From: an uncultured Nitrospiraceae bacterium
GTDB taxonomy: Bacteria; Nitrospirota; Thermodesulfovibrionia; Thermodesulfovibrionales; Dissulfurispiraceae
Assembly (NCBI GenBank): GCA_963727805.1
Contig: CAVSHF010000003.1
Coordinates: forward strand, 1,312,001 to 1,376,000
Direction: 5' to 3'
DNA: 64,000 bases
Part shown: positions 60,203 to 64,000 of the stretch, piece after piece
Position numbering within the stretch: position 1 is the first letter of the stretch
How the letters are laid out: every line of letters begins with the position of its first letter
Made by a program: the position numbers and the translations under genes
The notes under the pieces: generated by a model
What the model saw: the letters and a program-made list of their open reading frames with translations, nothing else
Told to the model about the DNA's origin: nothing
Database searches by the model: none

Positions 60203-60547
60203 TCAAAAAACCTCCATTTCAGTTATCATCAATTCGCGACCGGTCAGCAGTGTGTAGGAAACACCGCCGCAATGGGGGCAGCTCAGAATATAGATCTCTT
60301 CGGTCGTAAAATCCTTTCTGCAGTCATTGCAAAGACCAGTGACAGGGACCTCTTCAATTTCGAGAGCAGCATTATCAGCAATAGTCCCTTCCTTGACGGC
60401 GTTGAAGCCAAAAAGCAAGGCATCCGGCATAACTCCGGATGCCTTGCCTATCAACAACTTTATACTCCCTATTTGACTAAACCCTTTACTCCTGCAATTT
60501 TCAAGGGCAACGTCCAACAGGCTCTCGGCAATGGACAACTCATGCAT
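60203..60547 (-). CDS. hypA: Hydrogenase nickel metallochaperone HypA
   Basis: MHELSIA, CNDC...CPHC, GREL. Confidence 0.97.
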   Translation of the reverse strand: MHELSIAESLLDVALENCRSKGFSQIGSIKLLIGKASGVMPDALLFGFNAVKEGTIADNAALEIEEVPVTGLCNDCRKDFTTEEIYILSCPHCGGVSYTLLTGRELMITEMEVF

Positions 60548-60549
60548 AC

Positions 60550-60888
60550 CTACTTGCTGACTTCTTTCTCGTAGGCGTCTTTGCCTGCTTCAACAGCAGC
60601 AGTAATAGCAGATTTTTTCTCTTCGAATAATTCTTTTGCCTTCTCGACCGTCGAGGTAACCTTTTCCTTCGCCGTACCGGCGTAATCAGTCGCTTTTTCC
60701 TTTACGGTACCAGCGTAGTCAGTCGCCTTTTCCTGCACGTCATCTGCCAGTTCCTTAATCTTTCTTCTCGTTTCAATCCCCGACTGCGGGGCGAGAAGAA
60801 GCGCAACCCCAGCGCCAACCATACCTCCCAGAACAAATGCGAGTAATACGGACCCTGCGCTGTAACCTTCGTCATCATGATGGCTCAT
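60550..60888 (-). CDS. YtxH domain protein
   Basis: GGMVGAGVALLLAPQSG.ETR; internal 11-aa repeat EKATDYAGT(V/A)K. Confidence 0.9.
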   Translation of the reverse strand: MSHHDDEGYSAGSVLLAFVLGGMVGAGVALLLAPQSGIETRRKIKELADDVQEKATDYAGTVKEKATDYAGTAKEKVTSTVEKAKELFEEKKSAITAAVEAGKDAYEKEVSK

Positions 60889-60901
60889 AGGTATACCTCC
60901 T

Positions 60902-61300
60902 TTATTTTTGATGCTTTAATAGAACGCCAAGCGCCGTTTGAACACCTGCCTTAATCCCAAGCGCTCGCAGCGATATTTGGTCCTTCAGGTCGCCAATGAG
61001 CATGCTGATTGCCTGCACATTCGACGCGACGTCCAATACCGCTCCGGAAACCTCCCGGACACTGCCAGACACAGCAGCAATATCGTCGCTGACCTGGCGA
61101 ATGCTTTTCAGGGTCTTTTCAGTTTCTTCAAGCACCGGCTTCAACCTCTGGTCGGTAGTCCGGACAAATTCATCCATTGTTGCCGCCATTTTCTTCATCT
61201 GCATGGTTGAATAAATGAGAAAGAAAAGAGCTGCCACAAACGTAATGATGACAATTAAGAACCCGATGGTCAATAGCAAAACCCAGTACTGGCTCCCCAT
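60902..61300 (-). CDS. DUF948-like membrane/coiled-coil protein
   Basis: N-terminal TM helix plus amphipathic helices; typical partner of YtxH. Confidence 0.7.
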   Translation of the reverse strand: MGSQYWVLLLTIGFLIVIITFVAALFFLIYSTMQMKKMAATMDEFVRTTDQRLKPVLEETEKTLKSIRQVSDDIAAVSGSVREVSGAVLDVASNVQAISMLIGDLKDQISLRALGIKAGVQTALGVLLKHQK

Positions 61301-61417
61301 ATGGCTCCCCCTTCAAACTTATTAGAGCAACACAATGCCTTACCGCTTAAGTTATTTAAAGTATATAGTATCGGGTCTGAAGTTACAAGCAGCACAACAG
61401 GGCAAATTCCTAAGCTA

Positions 61418-61993
61418 CTATAACGTTCCATTGCGGAGTTGCCGATAGACGTGGACAATCCTCTGGATGACTGTAACGTGGCTCAAGATAAAAATAATAA
61501 CAACGACGGGAAAGAGAAGTCCTGTGACGCACCCGAATGCCAGGAGGACAACTCTTTCAGGCCTCTCCATAAGCCCAACCTTGCAATCGATGCCAAGCCC
61601 TTCAGCGCGCGCACGGGCATAGCTTGTTGTAAGTGACCCGACGAGGCCGCCTATGGAAAGAAGCGCCCCTGTCAGACTCCCGATAGTATAAAAATACCAT
61701 GACACACCTATGAAGAGCATCGAATCGGCATATCTGTCAAGGGTTGAATCCAGGAAAGCCCCAAAGCTGGTACGTTTACCGTTAGTGCGTGCGATAATTC
61801 CGTCGAGCATATCCAAGGCCCCACCAGCAAGGATTAAAATGCCCCCGACAATAAGATGGGATGGGATGACAATGGCGGCGACGGCCGTCACAAAAAGGCC
61901 GGCAATCGTTATAACATTGGGACTAAAGGGTATGCGTCTTGCCAGAGGCGCCAGCGGTTTGTCAAGGATATGACCAAACCATGCACTGAACAA
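61418..61993 (-). CDS. CDP-alcohol phosphatidyltransferase (phosphatidylinositol-phosphate synthase-like)
   Basis: SPNVIT, DMLDGIIAR..G..T.FGAFLDSTLDR, SYARARAE, ERPER. Confidence 0.9.
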   Translation of the reverse strand: MFSAWFGHILDKPLAPLARRIPFSPNVITIAGLFVTAVAAIVIPSHLIVGGILILAGGALDMLDGIIARTNGKRTSFGAFLDSTLDRYADSMLFIGVSWYFYTIGSLTGALLSIGGLVGSLTTSYARARAEGLGIDCKVGLMERPERVVLLAFGCVTGLLFPVVVIIFILSHVTVIQRIVHVYRQLRNGTL

Positions 61994-63097
61994 TTACCTC
62001 TCCCTTTTGGCGGCGATAAAGTCCTCGACCATCTCCCTCGCCTCTTCATCGGGGAACTGCACACGCGGATGTTTCATGAAGTATGAAGACGGGGAAAGCA
62101 GTGCGCCCCCGATTTTCCTATCCCTCGCGATTTTACAGCATCGTATGGCATCGATTACCACTCCGCCGCTGTTCGGCGAGTCCTCAACGGAGAGCCGGAC
62201 TTCCAGATTCATTGCGACATTTCCGAAACCCCGGCCTTCCATCCTAAGGAAGCAGACCTTGTTGTCGTTCAGCCACGGCACAAAATCAGAAGGGCCTATG
62301 TGAACATCGTCTTCGGAGAGCCCGTGGCTGATCTGGGAAGTAACCGCCTCGGTCTTGGATATCTTCTTGGACTTGAGTCTCTTTTGGTTAAGCATATTAA
62401 GGAAGTCTGTGTTGCCGCCCACGTTCAACTGGTAGGTGTGGTTCATCTGAACACCCCTGTCCATGAAAAGCTTCGTAAGCATCCTGTGTATTATTGTAGC
62501 GCCTATCTGCGATTTGACATCGTCGCCGACGATGGGGATGCCCTTCTCTTCGAAGCGCCTGATCCACACGTCATCGGAAGCGATAAATACAGGAATGCAG
62601 TTGACAAAAGAAACACCGGCTTCTAGGCATGCCGTAGCATAATAACGCGATGCATCTTCAGAACCGACCGGAAGATAGTTCACCAGTATTTCAGCGCCAC
62701 TGCCGACGAGTACCTTCACGACATCGCATGGTTTCTCATCAGAGGCGATAAATCTCCTGTCGTCGGGATAATCAGTCATATGTGAAGAGATGCCATCACG
62801 AACTTCACCCATGTTGACCGTAACAGGATAATCCGGCAGTTGAGGGAAGAACACCTTCGTGCAGTTAGGTTTCGCAAAGAGGGCTTCCTTAAGCGGTTTA
62901 TTGATTTTGCGTTTATCGATGTCGAACGCAGCTACGACCTCTATGTCCCCTGGGCGATAACCGCCGAGATCATAATGCATCAGGCCAAACGCGTCGCTTG
63001 CTGCCTTCTTCCCCATCGCTCTGTAGTACTCGATCCCCTGTATTAAAGAACTCGCACAATTACCGACGCCGGCAATCGCAATCCGAATCTTGGCCAT
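61994..63097 (-). CDS. ino1: myo-inositol-1-phosphate synthase
   Basis: GVGNCASSL, YLPVGS, GDDVKSQIGAT, QLNVGGNTDFLNM, SKKISKT, DSPNSGG. Confidence 0.95.
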   Translation of the reverse strand: MAKIRIAIAGVGNCASSLIQGIEYYRAMGKKAASDAFGLMHYDLGGYRPGDIEVVAAFDIDKRKINKPLKEALFAKPNCTKVFFPQLPDYPVTVNMGEVRDGISSHMTDYPDDRRFIASDEKPCDVVKVLVGSGAEILVNYLPVGSEDASRYYATACLEAGVSFVNCIPVFIASDDVWIRRFEEKGIPIVGDDVKSQIGATIIHRMLTKLFMDRGVQMNHTYQLNVGGNTDFLNMLNQKRLKSKKISKTEAVTSQISHGLSEDDVHIGPSDFVPWLNDNKVCFLRMEGRGFGNVAMNLEVRLSVEDSPNSGGVVIDAIRCCKIARDRKIGGALLSPSSYFMKHPRVQFPDEEAREMVEDFIAAKRER

Positions 63098-63114
63098 TGT
63101 CTTAATCTCCTCGA

Positions 63115-63534
63115 TTATTTTATCTCTATCGATTTGGGCGATTCCAGGACCTTCTTGGGGAGGATGACCTTTAGAATGCCATCCTTAAGGGTAGCCTGAA
63201 TACTATCTTTATCCACAACCTCGGGCAGGGTAAAGCTCCGCAAAAACCTGCCGTAGCAGCGTTCAACCTGATGATAATGTCTACCCTCCCTCTGCAGCCT
63301 TCTTTCACCGGCAATCCTGAGTTGGTCTCCCTGGACATTGATAGCGATGTCCGATTCCTTCGCCTCGGGCAAATCAGCCTTTACGACAAACATTTCGGGC
63401 GTTTCGTAAATATCGACTACAGGAACCCATCCGACGGACGACTCGTCCCTCGCCTTCTCATGGGCACTCGCGAAGATCTTGTTGATCCTCTCCCTTAAGG
63501 AAAAAATGTCTTCTATCGGGTCATGTTTGTCCAT
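63115..63534 (-). CDS. Hsp20/alpha-crystallin small heat shock protein
   Basis: PVVDIYET, ER.YGRFLRSFTLP, ATLKDGILKV.LPK. Start uncertain (63534 or 63555). Confidence 0.92.
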   Translation of the reverse strand: MDKHDPIEDIFSLRERINKIFASAHEKARDESSVGWVPVVDIYETPEMFVVKADLPEAKESDIAINVQGDQLRIAGERRLQREGRHYHQVERCYGRFLRSFTLPEVVDKDSIQATLKDGILKVILPKKVLESPKSIEIK

Positions 63535-63630
63535 TTTCGATATATTCGCCTGCAAAATCGAAACAGATTCTTATAAATTAATTCAGGGGTTTCTGTCAAG
63601 TTGCAAGGGATATAACACGAGGAAATTCTA

Positions 63631-64000
63631 CTACTCAAACAGGGAAATGAACTCAAACTTGGAGGTGTCGATAAGGCCCAGATTGCTGAGCTTCAGCTGG
63701 GGAATGACAAGTAGGGACATGAAGGATAACATCATGAAAGGCGCCCTCAGACTTGTCCCAAGCGTTTTTGCAAGCCCGTCGAGTTGCCGGTATTTCTTGG
63801 CGACCTCGAACCCGTCTCTGCCAGACATGAGGCCAGCGATCGGTAGAGACAGGCATTCCATAAACTCGCTACATGCCGCAGATATGCCGCCTCCGTTTTC
63901 GATTACCAGGTTGACCGCCCTTTTGATGTCTTCATCTGAGACTCCGACACAGATGATGTTGTGAGAGTCATGTGACACGGAAGAGGCTATTGCCCCTTTT
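63631..64000 (-). CDS. ade: Adenine deaminase, C-terminal part (5'-partial)
   Basis: GAIASSVSHDSHNII, LPIAGLMS, APFMMLSFMSLLVIPQLKLS..GL. Confidence 0.9.
   Translation of the reverse strand, partial: KGAIASSVSHDSHNIICVGVSDEDIKRAVNLVIENGGGISAACSEFMECLSLPIAGLMSGRDGFEVAKKYRQLDGLAKTLGTSLRAPFMMLSFMSLLVIPQLKLSNLGLIDTSKFEFISLFE

Noticed and set aside
60662..60735. 33-bp tandem repeat
   Set aside because: A coding 11-aa helical repeat typical of YtxH proteins, not CRISPR.
1..64000. CRISPR arrays, rRNA, prophage
   Set aside because: No regularly spaced repeats, rRNA signatures or phage genes seen.

Overview
Bacterial chromosomal window from an anaerobic or facultative Gram-negative organism. Gene content suggests Nitrospirota/Thermodesulfovibrionia or a deltaproteobacteria-like lineage (inference, not verified). 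The left ~28 kb is a patchwork accessory region: Fe-S/SfrB-like oxidoreductase genes, SulP, UppP, an RND efflux operon, a thermonuclease, Csp, lipocalin, YceI and a flavoprotein disulfide reductase. It also carries mobile-DNA traces: an intact IS630, IS-end remnants, and a complete ORF-less group II intron inserted in a short inverted-repeat element. The right ~36 kb is mostly core/respiratory: napMADGH, argS, pyrF, dcd, a membrane-bound group 1 [NiFe]-hydrogenase operon with hypF/C/A/B, ffh-rpsP-khpA-trmD-rplS-rnhB, trxA, a DinG helicase, tRNA-Ser(CGA), tadA, ino1 plus a CDP-alcohol phosphotransferase, hsp20 and ade. Top finding: the hydrogenase large subunit is one reading frame interrupted by an in-frame UGA exactly at the second Cys of the N-terminal motif (RICGV-UGA-TTVH), the Ni-Fe bridging ligand. 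A SECIS-like hairpin follows it, and the Fe-site motif is altered (VVPGGVN). The usual [NiFeSe] position (DPCMAC) remains Cys. This is a candidate new type of selenocysteine hydrogenase; a nonsense mutation or sequencing error is the alternative.
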